64,000 bases of DNA, taken from the NCBI GenBank assembly GCA_951406725.2, contig OX597824.1, positions 4,340,001 to 4,404,000 of the forward strand, read 5' to 3'. Shown here piece by piece: positions 13,262-26,668 of the stretch. Position numbers and translations under genes: made by a program. Below the pieces are notes generated by a model, which searched no databases, was not told where the DNA came from, and worked only from the letters and a program-made list of their open reading frames with translations. Source of the DNA: Octopus vulgaris. Taxonomy: Eukaryota. The stretch's first letter is position 1; each line of letters opens with the position of its first letter.

Positions 13262-15164
13262 AATAGCGGGTGACAAAGATGAAACAGAAGTTGTACAATA
13301 CTTGTGAGAGATGTAAAAAAACAACATTAAATCAAACAGTTAAAAATGAAAAGACTGACAAAAGCTACAACAATGATGAGGAAAAAGAGAAAACGAATCT
13401 GTTGAATATTTTACTAATAATAAGCTTCAATTATGGAATGAAAGTGCTTTTCTTAAATTAATGGTAAAACATTAGACATTAAATAATTATGTTTATAGTA
13501 AATATTAATGTAAATGTGAGTTTTTTTTGTATTCATTTATTGCTTCATAATTTAGGTTTATTAAAATTAAAACATTGAATAATTGTTTTTCTCTCTTTTA
13601 TTAGGATACTGTAACTACTATTTGTGTGTGGGCGTGCATACGTGTATGTGTGTGTGTGTGTGTGTGTATGTGTGTGTGTTTTGCTGTAAAACTACATAAG
13701 TGACTCAAGATCTGACAGTTTCATACATGCACTTATCTGACTTGTCAAGTGTGTGTGTGTGCATGTGTGTTTGTGTGTATGTATGTGTGTGTAAGAGAGA
13801 GAGAGAGAGAGAGAGTGCAAATGCTGGAATGAACACCAAGAGATATCTACTTTAATATTGAAAATATTTAACTTTTTGTCCATTCTTTTAATGAAGGTAA
13901 CAGAAATAATGAAGACTGTGATGTTCATGCTTTTCCAAAGGAATCTTCTGAACGGTCTGCTAGAAATGATAAGTCTTCATTAAAGAATTAAAAAAAGAAA
14001 ATGAGTTATCATATTGTTTTGCAAGGAAACTAAGTAATTCATTGCATTCACCAGAAACACACACAAAAGGGGCCACAGTTTTATATGTTTATAAGAAATA
14101 AAGGTGGACATAAAATGTATGCCTTTGTTCATGAATTTTTAGCCATGCAACGAAATTGAAGTATAAAACACTCCAGTTTCATGGATCTCATTTATGAAGA
14201 ATGAAATACAAAATGAAATCCTTTGGAATCTTGAAGGACAAAAACTAAATGGTGCAATACTTTTGAAGTTTTGAGTTTCATGAATTTGAACATCTTCAAT
14301 ATTAATTCTTTTCTCCCTTTTGACAAAGAGAAAGGACAGTATTTTGTAAAAGAGAAGTATAATCATGACAATTGCCTTTTGTATATAACTGTAATTATCT
14401 TAAAAATCCATTGAAGAATGAATGTCGGAGTCAATAATGACTGGATTTGAAATAAATAAAAAAAGAACTACAATCTGAAACTAAAATTTCCACTTCACTC
14501 AGTGATTTAAAAACATCTTATAAATTCTTAAATATCATGCAATGTTATTTCAGTTTTTATAAATTAATGATTTTTAAAGCATTTATGATTTATGAATCTT
14601 CCTTAGCGATATCTGTTATTTTCTCTGTTGCTTGGTAAAGCATCTTAGTTACATTGAATAAGCAATTAATCAACTGACCCATTGATAGCAGGATATAAAC
14701 TAGACATGCCAGAGCCTGCAAAAGAACCGGGATGAAATGAAGGTGATAGGAAAGGACTCAGTGATGCAGCGGAAGAGGACGACAAGAAGGGAGTCAGCAA
14801 GAGTGAGAAGCAGAAATTGAGAGAGAGTCACAATGGTGAAGCTGACAGGAATGGAACCAGGGAGGTTGATGACAATGGGACAAGAAAGTATGAATATGTG
14901 TGTAGGAACATTTATATGAGGCATATGTGTGTGTGTATGTTGGTGCCATTATCATTGGTCTCAGAATGACATGTCTGACCTGTGCATAGAATTTCAATAC
15001 TTTAGGCCACTTTGTTACGCATCTAAGTGCCTCTACTAAAAATATACATTGTTTTTAGGCCTCCTATTTCAATCGTTAGATCTTAGTCTACTTCTATTTC
15101 TTTGTTTATCCATTTATGTATCTTATTTTATATTTTTTGTTATCATATGGTTTACTCATTCAGA

Positions 15165-15550
15165 CACCTTACTGGCACTTGTGCCCATGCTAGTAGGGTG
15201 CCAAGAGCACCATCCAAGCGTGATCGTCGCCAGAGCAGCCAACTGGCTTCTGTGCCGGTGGCACGTAAAAGGGCACCATTCAAATGTGATCGTTACCAAT
15301 GTCGCCTTACTGGCACCTGTGCCGGTGGCATGCGTAAAAAGATTCGTGTGAGGTCATTGCCAGTACCGCCTGACTGGCCCCTGTGCCGGTGGCACGTAAA
15401 AAGCACCCACTACACTCTCAGAGTGGTTGGCGTTAGGAAGGGCATCCAGCTGTAGAAACACTGCCAGATCAAGATTGGAGCCTGGTGCAGCCGTCTGGTT
15501 TGCCAGCCCTCAGTCAAAATCCATGCTAGTATGGAAGGCAAATGTTAACC

Positions 15551-15599
<49 letters not shown>

Positions 15600-15607
15600 G
15601 TGATGAT
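15165..15607 (+). mobile_element. RTE LINE 3' UTR fragment with ~65-bp subunits and (GAT)n tail
   Basis: Reverse complement of 3636-4090. Confidence 0.85.
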
Positions 15608-15871
15608 ACTACAGAATTTCCTTTTTTATATTTACTTTATTTTATTGTATTATGAATTTCTATTTAGGACTATTGTCTTCACTTCCTTAGAGCACTCCAT
15701 ATATGGAAATTCTAGTATTTGTAAAGAGTGAAATCTGTCAGATACATTTATTGTCTGTGACTATGTAATGAAACTATTTTCTCTTCATAGCAGAGTCCAG
15801 TGTTTTAACTTGCCATGAAATGTTCTGAAGTATAGTCTGTTTATTATGTTACAACATAATTATATTTATGG

Positions 15872-15930
<59 letters not shown>

Positions 15931-16057
15931 CATATGTATTTAAATATGTATGACAGATGATTTATCACTGCTTATGCAACTGACACAGATTATGAAACGG
16001 CTGTCAATTAATGGAATAAACATCTTTACTCTTCTTATCTGATCAATTAATATATCA

Positions 16058-16238
16058 GAGGTGGTGAAAAGTTCCTGACTTTGGATAAAAGAAAATACAG
16101 AAAAATCAGTCAATTGTGATTTTATTCAATATATCCCCCTCTCAGATTCACACACTTATTGCAATGGTCCTTCAGTTTTTCTAAGCGCTCAGGCCTTTTG
16201 TGATATCCCTAGAGCCAAGAACTTTTCAGCACACCCCA
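16058..16238 (-). mobile_element. mariner-derived MITE
   Basis: Inverted termini 'tgaaaagttcctgact' and 'agccaagaacttttca'; internal remnant 'LEKLKDHCNKCVNLRGGYIE*'. Confidence 0.7.
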
Positions 16239-16245
16239 TATATGT

Positions 16246-16399
<154 letters not shown>

Positions 16400-17044
16400 G
16401 TGTGCCAATCATAAGGCTGAACATAGGAAGTGTAAATGTGAGAAAGCCAAATTCAAATGATCAATGCCTTATATTTCAAAAACCAAATGCTGAGAAAACT
16501 GAATTTGAAAATATCTTAGGGAAAATAATGTGGAAAACAGTCTTAAAAGACATTTATTTACACTTTTAAAAGGCATCTTATTATAAAATATTTTTTATTA
16601 TACTACATCAGAATAACAAAAGCAAACATGATATGGGGAGCATGTTTACTTACAATAAAGAAAAAGTGTACTTCAGAGACAAAAGACCTGAGCGAAAACA
16701 GAAATAGCTCATTCGTTGAATGTTTTCATTCTTTCAATTCTCTCATTATTGAATGCAGTTTTCTTCTTTTCTTTCAATACAAATGTAAACAAATCAAACA
16801 ATTGGAAGGCTGGAGTTTATATGTTGGTATTATGAATCAAAAGAGTGAAGGCAAAGGGAGATAAGAAAGTGCACAAATCTATCAAAATTCAACCTTTGAA
16901 TTGTACGGTCGGTTTGTGTGGGAACGGAAGGAGAAGAAGAATATTCAATAATGAGAGAATCGAAAGAATACAGTATTTGATAAATTATTTAATTTCTTCA
17001 ATTATGTTTTCCCTTCCATATCATATTCCTAAAATACAGTATTA

Positions 17045-17094
<50 letters not shown>

Positions 17095-17295
17095 GTTGTT
17101 GTTATCATTATCATTATTATTATTATTATTAAAATGGGAGGCTGGCAGGATTGTTAATGCATCAGAGAAAATGCTTAGTGGCATTCCTTCCAACTTTTTA
17201 CATTCTGAGCTCAAGTCCCATGGAAGTAAATTTGCCTGTCATCCTTTTGGGGTGAGTTGCTAGCCTTAAGTCAAAATTACAAATAATAATAATAA

Positions 17296-17835
17296 CATGC
17301 CATCAAAGTGACACTGGGGTAAAATATATGAAGCCCAGTATACCCATCATGACTACCCGTCTGATAAGGGTACACAAGGCACATGCATCACAACCATATG
17401 TGCACGACATGGTGATCTCATATCAAGATAAACAGCACGTGACCTTGCAGGTGGGGCCCAGTTAGAATTTTCTTCTGGTCAATTAGCCCATCCCGCTCCA
17501 AAAGTCCCTGAATACAGGTTGTTTAAGGATGTTGAACAAAACAACCATGTTTCCAGAGGTGAATTATCCAAACCCCAAAGAATCCCTCTCAACACATGGC
17601 TATGATGCTCCCCCACTACTTCTGCTCGTGATCAGAGATGCACATATCGTCAGCCACTAAGGGACATGGACAACTGGTTAAGGTCAAACAACTGACAAGC
17701 AAATCTGAGGTATTGAGCAGAATATTTGCTGTAGCCCATCTTTTATACCAAGATAACACTTGTACATGATAACACTTCCAATCAGTTAAGATCAGAAGCC
17801 ATGAGAGCCACTGCCTGGTACTGCATCAGAACATT
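17296..17835 (-). mobile_element. Non-coding segment bounded by (TAA)n, probably the 5' region or a non-autonomous derivative of an R4/Dong-like element
   Basis: High-complexity block with no ORF, directly abutting the (TAA)n tract of the RLE-LINE stack; the assignment is inference. Confidence 0.4.
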
Positions 17836-18578
<743 letters not shown>

Positions 18579-18591
18579 GTTATTATTATAG

Positions 18592-19154
18592 ACATTTCAC
18601 AGTATACAATATCGTGAGGTTGTTGATTGAAGATATTGTACGGTTTGTCAAGTCACAACAAGGACCTCAGACAGACAGTACTTTATGCAATATGCGTGCA
18701 GTTCCAAAGAATGCCGACTTTTGCAATACATCTAAATTGTAGGGTATTTCTAAAGTTTTCTGATGTTTTTTTCAGATTGTGTGGTATTGAACCCAGTGCT
18801 CCAATGACAATAGGAATAACTTTTATGTTTGCCTCTCGTAGCTTGCGATGTCAATTCTCAAGTCTCCATATTTATCACTCTTTTCTCTTTCTTCCATGAT
18901 GATATGCTGATCTCCTGGCACTGCCACATCAATTATTAGGCACTCTTATTTGTGCCTCCTAAAGGTTACTGTATCCGGCCTTCAGTGCTCTAAAACCTTG
19001 TCTATCTGGAAGTTGAAGTCCCAGAGGATTTTTGCTTTCCCCTTTTCGTCCATTACCTTTTCTGGTGTATGTTGGTACCAAGCACCCATAACCTCATATC
19101 CATACTTAAAGCATAGTAGCCAGTGGAGGATTGGGGCTGCCTTGTTGTGTCTGA

Positions 19155-19155
<1 letters not shown>
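18592..19155 (-). mobile_element. Second R4/Dong-like RLE fragment
   Basis: 'RHNKAAPILHW...WYQHTPEKV...KILWDFNFQIDK...RPD', with stops. Confidence 0.85.
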
Positions 19156-19191
<36 letters not shown>

Positions 19192-21535
19192 TTGTTTTAC
19201 TTCTCAGAACATTTGGTCTTGTGTGTTCTGGTAGATTCTGTGAAAGCAGACAGCTGCCTGCCGTCAGAGGTCTCACAGGGTCTCTTTCCACACATTATAA
19301 GCTTTGATACTTGGTTGTTAATTATCATGGGAGACATTCAACATCCAAGAGCCAATCTCAAAATCCTAGCTGTTCCAAACTGCACAGCTTTTTGGGACTT
19401 ACTCTGCTTTCATGTCAATTCCGATTTCTCTGACATTTTTCTCGAACTTGGTTGTTAGTTTTCCGAGTGTCCCTACAACTACTGGAATGACAGACACTCT
19501 CCTCTTAGTCCATATTCTTGCAATTTTGTCTTTTAGTAGTCTGTACTTTTCAATCTTTTCTAATTCTTTGTCACTTATGAGAGCATCTCCAGGTATTGCA
19601 ATATCTATGACCTTGGTTTCCTTTTTTCCTCCAAGCCTTGATTAGGGAGTTGCATTGGATTGCAAAATCCCACAGTATCTTATGTTCTTTGTTCTCAGTG
19701 ACTCCTTCTGGTTCATGTTCGTATCATTTCTGTGCTCTGTTCAGGCCATACTGTTCCCATAGCCTCCAGTGGACAATCTTAGCCATGTTATCATGCCTCT
19801 TTTTGTAGTGTTTTTCGGCCAGCTTGCTACATTCACTCACAATATTTGAGATTGTTTCATTTCTGCTGCCACACATCCTACAAATGGGTGATTTGCAATT
19901 CTTATCTATTTGGAACTTGGTGTAATTAGTTCTCAGAATTTGTTCCTGGGCACTGCATATCAATACCTCAGTGCATCCTTTCAGATCACTTGTTCTCAGC
20001 TGTCTCCAAGTGTTGGTCTTGTCTTTTCCTTTGATGTCTCTCAGGCATTGCCAATGCAGTGGTTTCATTTCCCAGTTGTCTACTCTTTCTTCATCTTGTT
20101 TTTCAAATGTTTGTGGGTGCATCACATTTTCGGTAGGTATTGTATTGTTAATTCTAACAGTGACAAGCAAGGATTCACTCTGCTTTTTGTTGTACCAACC
20201 CAGACTGTTCTTCTCATTAATACAGATTTTGCATTCAATGAAACCTCTTCCATCCCTATTTCTAGGCACATACAGTCAGTCAGTATCGCTTTTGGGGTGT
20301 AATTCCTTGTTAACTGTCATCGCTTCTCTAGTTTTCCTGTCCATTTCCTCAAGTTCGTTCTTTGTCTACCTAACAACACCTGCGCCATATTGCATTAATG
20401 AAACAGTCCATATGTTCATTGTCCTGATTTTGTTTTTTCCATTGAGTCTACTTCTCATAATTAACTTGGTTCTTCTGAGACAGTCTCGCCTAAAGCTTTC
20501 CTTCATTTCATTTACCTTGATTTTGTTGTATTCTAAAATCCCCAGATATTTATATCATTTAGTCTTAATATCCTTGGTGTTCTTGCTGTTGAGTAGCTCT
20601 ACACCATCAGACGACACTCTTTTGCCTCTTTATATTATAAACATACCACACTTTTTAATCCCAAATTCCATTCCGATATCCTTACTGCACTGTTGAAACT
20701 AGGTCATTTATTTCATGTTCGGTCTTTCCAAAGATCTTTAAATCATCCATATATAACAAATGATTTCATTTTCCTCCACTTTTCAAGGTGTATCCCAATG
20801 TCACTTTCCATAGTATCGGTGTGAGGGATATCATACAAATCACAAACAACAATGGTGATAGGATAACTCCTTGAAATATGCCTCTCTTGATGTTAACTCT
20901 CACCAAAAATTTTCCACATGAAGTTAACTTTGTATTCCAGTTTTTCATTGATCTCCTAATAAAATTTGATATGCTATCAGGCACCTGTACCAGCTCAATA
21001 GTTTCTAAAATCCAGGAATAGGGAACCATGCCATACACTTTCTTATACTCGATCCACTCCATACCCAGATTAGTAAGTCTTTTCTTGCAGTTATTCAGCA
21101 CCATTCTGTCTATCAGAAGTTGGTTTGTTTTTGTCCCTCAGCTTTTCCTTCTGCACCCTTTCTCTTCCACTGGCAGTTTGTCCTTCATTTCCAGGAAGTT
21201 ATACACATAATTAGATATTATTCCTGTCCCCAGCTTCCACATCAGGGACTGGCAGGTGATGGACCAGTAATTATCCACCACATTGCCTTTGTTGGGATTC
21301 TTTTGGCAAAGAATTGTTTTACCTGTGGTCAGCCACTTTGGGATTTCAACATTGTTGTTGATCATCTTATCCATTTGCATGGCTATTCTTCTGTGTAGAG
21401 CAGAGAAATTTTTCAGCCAGTTTCCTTGTACCCCATCCAGTCCTAACCATTTCCAGTTTGAAATCTTTGTTGTCTGTTTGGTTACCATTTCAGTCGTTCG
21501 CAATGCCTTGGCTGGGATCCTTTTGGCAAAGAATT
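19192..21535 (-). mobile_element. R4/Dong-like LINE relic with RT, zinc knuckle and RLE
   Basis: RT motifs GIFQG.ILSPLLF (ORF 20766-21104) and HLLYMDDLKI (~20730-20765); CRMC...EC knuckle and RHD (ORF 19724-20269); frameshifted. Confidence 0.9.
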
Positions 21536-21559
21536 ATTGTTGTCATTATTATTATTTCA

Positions 21560-22030
21560 GATGCTAATTTAACTAGCAGGGGTGTTATCTTGAGGTTTGG
21601 TGACAACAAGACTCCTCAAATCATTCTCAGGTTTCTTGCAGAATACATGACTTCACTTTACTGCAGGGTGACAATGCAAATCTCAACTCCAGTCTTCTTC
21701 ATCCCCCATTATAGTCTGGGTGTTATGCCAAGTGCACCAATTAACACAGGTATAATTAACTCTTATCTTAGTCTTCCACAATCTCTAATTAGTTCCTGAC
21801 ATTTCTCAATTTTTCTCAGTTTCTTTGCTATTCATTCAATTCTCTTTTGGCATTGCAAAGTCTGTCATCTGATGCTGTTTATTTCTTTTGTCTTTTATAA
21901 CCGTATCTGGTCTTCTTGATTCAATACCATGGTCAGTCGTTATACAGAAGTCCCATAGCATCCTGGAATTCTTGTTCTTTTTCATAGCAAGGAGTTATTC
22001 TCACCATTTCTTGCTTGCCTCTGTTATTCT
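21560..22030 (-). mobile_element. Fourth R4/Dong-like RLE fragment, degraded
   Basis: Remnants 'LWDF...DH.IESRRPDTVI' and 'IPVLIGALG'. Confidence 0.75.
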
Positions 22031-22051
22031 GATATAGCATAAAAAGTAGAT

Positions 22052-22202
22052 ACATTATTCACATTCAACGGATATTTGTCCTCATCTTGTTTGTTGTTAA
22101 CACAACGTTTGGGCTGATATACCCTCCAGTGTTCTTCAGGTGTCTTGGGGAAATTTCGAACCTGGGTTCTCATTCCTAAGGTATTTTTCGATGTTGTTGT
22201 TG

Positions 22203-22250
<48 letters not shown>

Positions 22251-22356
22251 TCACTGCCTGGAATTGAACTCGGAGTCTTGGGGTTAGTAGCCCACCCTCT
22301 TAACCACTATGCCATATGCCCGTGAGCATAATTCCTCATCTCTTAAATATAGAACT
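22052..22356 (-). mobile_element. tRNA-headed non-autonomous element with Penelope-type hammerhead and an opposite-orientation 30-nt tail
   Basis: tRNA-like head 22321-22249 (TGGCATAGTGG; GAGTTCAATTCC); HHR-like core 22146-22099; TSD ATAAAAA(G/A)TAGAT at 22039-22051 and 22359-22371. Confidence 0.75.
22099..22146 (-). ncRNA. Degenerate minimal type I hammerhead ribozyme
   Basis: GACAC-CTGAAGA-acaCTG(N10)CAGcc-cAAA-CGTT-GTGTT; catalytic G12 is mutated to C; palindromic ACGT stem III. Confidence 0.6.
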
Positions 22357-23131
22357 ATATAAAAAATAGATGTTATAATATTTCTCAAATAAATTCCATC
22401 TTAAAGCTGTAAATAAATGTCTTTGAGATCATTGTCCTTATTTTTACCAAGAACAGTTATTCTGATGTAGAATAATAAAATGAGAGAATATGTTCTGTCT
22501 TAGAGTCCATTTTAAAGCTATCATGTTTCTTCAAAAATAGTCACTCTGACACAGTATAATAAAATGAAGTAAATATATTACAATATGTTTCTTAAATAAA
22601 TTTTCTTTCAAAACTGTAAATAACTATTTTAAGGCTGACTTTTGTATTTCTACTCAAAATATTTCAAAATACAGTTTTCTGAGAAGTCATATTCTAATTT
22701 TTAGATTATTTGAATTTGACCATTCATCAGCACCACCAGTACCACCACCACCACCGCAACCACCAGTGCTTCCATCACCACCATTAACCCCACCACCACC
22801 ATTTCCTCCTCCCCCTCTTCTTTTTAACATCTGCTTTTTCATCATTGCAAGGGTCAGGCAATTCATTCTGGTAAATTTTCTACAGCCTGATGCCCTCCCT
22901 GTCACTGACCTTCACCTGTTCCCAAGCAAAGTAATATTTCCCCAAACCCTGACATGTTCTCTGGGAAGATTGGTACTAAACAGCACAACTTGTATGATGG
23001 CAAACAAACATTTACAACTAACACAAAATGTTCAGATAATGTGATACACATATATTTATAAGCACGTATAAAGATATAGCCTGGTCATATGAGTGTGTAT
23101 GTGATCATCGTTTAATGTCTGCCTTCCATAT

Positions 23132-23540
23132 TACTCTTTTACTCTTTTACTCTTTTACTTGTTTCAGTCATTTGACTGCGGCCATGCTGGAGCACCACCT
23201 TTAATCGAGCAACTCGACCCCGGGACTTGTTCTTTTGTAAGCCCTGTACTTATTCTATCGGTCTCTTTTGCCGAACCGCTAAGTAACGGGGACGTAAACA
23301 CACCAGCATCGGTTGTCAAGCAATGCTAGGGGACAAACACAGACACACAAACATACACGCACACACATATATATATACATATATACGACGGGCTTCTTTC
23401 AGTTTCCGTCTACCAAATCCACTCACAAGGCATTGGTCAGCCCGGGGCTATAGCAGAAGACACTTGCCCAAGGTGCCACGCAGTGGGACTGAACCCAGAA
23501 CCATGTGGTTGGTTAGCAAGCTACTTACCACACAGCCACA
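23132..23540 (-). mobile_element. tRNA-derived SINE (family A), young copy
   Basis: Nearly identical to 30330-30745; (TTACTCTT)n tail. Confidence 0.9.
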
Positions 23541-23628
23541 TGTGTATGTGTGTGTTTCTGTGTGTATATATTATTAAAATCATCATTGTTTAACAGCTGC
23601 CTTCCATGTGTGTGTGTGTGTGTGTATA

Positions 23629-24923
23629 CAGGGTGCGGTGAATAAACTGTCGTCTAAGTTACACAAAAATGAAAATAACACTGACATCTCAGTTTAACAG
23701 ATATATTTACCAAAATTATATAGAAATATCTTGAAATACTAAACAGTAAATCAATTCAATAAAATCGCCATTGGCTTCAACCACAACCTCCATACAACTT
23801 TGGAATCTCCTGCAACTCTTCTGGACAGTCTCCTTGTTTAAGTTGGTGAAGGCTGCTACAATCCTTGCCTTCAGTTCATCTTTGGTGTTACAAGGAGTTT
23901 TGTTTGTCTCTCGCTCAACTGCACCCCACACATAATAATGAAGTGGGTTGCAGTCTGGGGAGTTAGGCGACCAGATGTTAGTGGTGATGTGGTCACAGAA
24001 ATTGTCTGACACCCATGACTGGGTTCTCCTGCTTGTGTGGAATGGTGCAGAATCTTGTTGCAGACATAGGGTTTTCCAGCATCCTCCTTTTTGACTCAGG
24101 GCAGCCACTACCTCCTCCAGGCACTTGTAGTAGGCCACCGTGTTGAGTCTGAGGCTGTATGGGAAAGTGAATGGAGGTATAATGTTCCCATCACTAGTGA
24201 TCACTCCAAACACCATGATATTGACTGAATGCTTGATTTTTATCACTCGTGGTACATGTTTTGGGGACACGGTAAGCCAACGGTTGTTCTGTGTGTTCAC
24301 CATCTGATTCTGGCAGAAAATTTTCTTGTGTGAGAAAAACCAAAACATGTTCGGTTCGGAGGGAATACTTGAGTTTGTTTAAAAGCTATGTAGCATGGTC
24401 TTTTCTTTTGTCCTTGATGGGTCGGGATAAAAATTGGCCCTTTTTCACGTTGTACAAGGAATACTGAATGTGTTCGTGTCCTACCTGCCTGATAAGAAAC
24501 TCAGACACTCCCATGTCCCTGGCAATGGTCTTGATTGACTTGGAGGAATCGTTGTCAATCATAGCCTGGATCTCACCAACAAATTCAACAGTTCTTTTCT
24601 CATCAGAACAATCAGAGTCGGTTTTCAGAGCTGCCATACCTTCGTACCACCATTAGACATTCTGAATCCTCTGCACCATCCTCAGATTTACACCCAAACA
24701 CTCTGAAAAGTTTGTATTGGAGTTTATGGTGGGAATGCCAAGCAGTACAGCATGTCGTTTCCAAATTTCTGGCAGAGAGTGAATTGCATCATGGTGCTGT
24801 TTTACTCACAGACGGTGCCCAACTGACCCTCCTACACTGTGTAGTCAACAAAAGCAAAAACAAATAATGCGTATGCGTGAAATTAAAAATATGAAATGGC
24901 AACAATTTACCCATCACACCCTG
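23629..24923 (-). mobile_element. Full-length but disrupted DD37D (maT-type) Tc1/mariner transposon
   Basis: TIRs CAGGGTGYGRTG..TAAA.TGT; ORF 23716-24348 has QQDSAPFH followed 37 residues later by SPDCNPL(H for D); frameshifts. Confidence 0.9.
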
Positions 24924-25005
24924 TGTATGTGTGTGTGTTTATATAAATATATATATATATATGTATATGTATGTATATTTATATGTGTGTGTGTGTATAT
25001 ATATA

Positions 25006-25372
25006 TATCATCATCATCATCATCATTTAACTTCTGTTTTCCATGCTGGTATAGGTTGGACAGCTTGACTGAGGTCTGGAAAGCTAGCAGCTAACCAGGC
25101 TCCAGTCTTGATCTGGCAGTGTTTCTACAGCTGGATGCCCTTCCTAACACCAACCACTCCACTGGCACAGGAGCCTGTCAGGTGACTCTGGAATCGATCA
25201 TGTTCGGATAGTGCTTTTTACATGCTGCTTGCATGGGAGCCAGTCAGGGGCCACTGACATTGGCCATGTCTGGATGGTGCTTTTTACATACCACCATCAC
25301 TGGAGCCAGTCAGGGAGCACTGGAATCAGTCACCATTTGAATACTGCTTTTTACATGCCACCAGCACAGGAA
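25006..25372 (-). mobile_element. RTE LINE 3' UTR fragment with ~3 subunits
   Basis: Matches 3636-4090. Confidence 0.8.
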
Positions 25373-25530
25373 TGGACATCTTTCACTTTTCTTCTACCAA
25401 ATCCACTCACAAGGCTTTGGTTGGTCCAGTGTTATTGTAAAAGTTGCTTGCCAAAGGTGTTATACAGTGGGACTGAACCTAAAACCATTTGGTTGCAAAG
25501 CAAATTTCTTAACCACACAGCTATGCTTGC

Positions 25531-25563
<33 letters not shown>

Positions 25564-26608
25564 TGCAATATGTAGACATCTTCTTTGCTACAGCAACACC
25601 AACAACACTTTTTTTTTCTCTGTTGTTGTTGAAGTTATTGTGAAGCAAATAATTCCAACAATGAGTTCCTGAAGCCTGCCTTTTGTCTTCTGTTAAATGT
25701 GTTTGTCTCAGTTGAAAGATATAATTTTATTAGAACCAAGCTTTACTTCTGGCTCCCCCTTTCTTGATAATGTCTTTATCAGCTTCAGTATTTCTTTTCT
25801 AAACTCAGCTCATTTTTGTTCCTTGGCTCTACCTGAAACGTCACTGCTGCTCATGTTTTGAAGAATAATGAAACCAAATTATGAATGCAGAACAAATTAA
25901 AAAACAAACAAAAAAAAAGGTTATTAAAGCACAAAACACCCAGATAAATACGGATGGTTTCAAAGGAAGAAAAGCAGAAAAAACAAAAACCCCTTCAAAA
26001 GTGTAGTTACAATTATGTAAAATATATACAATGAACCAAAGCAAATCAAAAGCAAACAAGGATTTTTACCACTGTAGAACTAAAGAGGCTGGATTACTAC
26101 TTTGAATTTCTTAACCGACCATATATGAAATTAGTCCATTCTGACTGTGGCCCATCAACTCCAAAGTTTGAATCTTTACTATGAAATGCATAAGATGCTG
26201 GGCTGCTTTGAGGACAGTGCACTACTTGGCTTCAAATTAATCTATGACTTTCCTCCCTTAGTAATTGCTTATTTATGCTTATATGTAACTGGGTTTTTCT
26301 TTTGGTGTATGTATATGCATGTGTATTGATGTAGCTGCACATGTAGTTGTATTGTGATAGTGTTTCACTGTTGTGTGTATGTGTGTATTGATGGTGTGCA
26401 GTCGTGAAGTGCAGAAGATGAATACAATACGTGTCTATCTGTTCTTGCCTAACACATAAGCAGAATATGATAACAAAGAAGATAAAATTGATCTGATTTT
26501 TAAGTTCCAAATTCAGGGAGAGAGAAGGGAAATGAAAATAATAAAGGAAAGCAATAGATAGCTCAGAGCTGAAAAAATTTTATACACATGCCTGTCTATA
26601 CCTACATC

Positions 26609-26668
<60 letters not shown>

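Noticed and set aside
22249-22321. Functional tRNA gene (ACT anticodon)
   Set aside because: The acceptor and T stems pair poorly, there is no Ser variable arm, and it is embedded in a TSD-flanked repeat, so it is treated as a SINE head. The same applies at 4993 and 36805.
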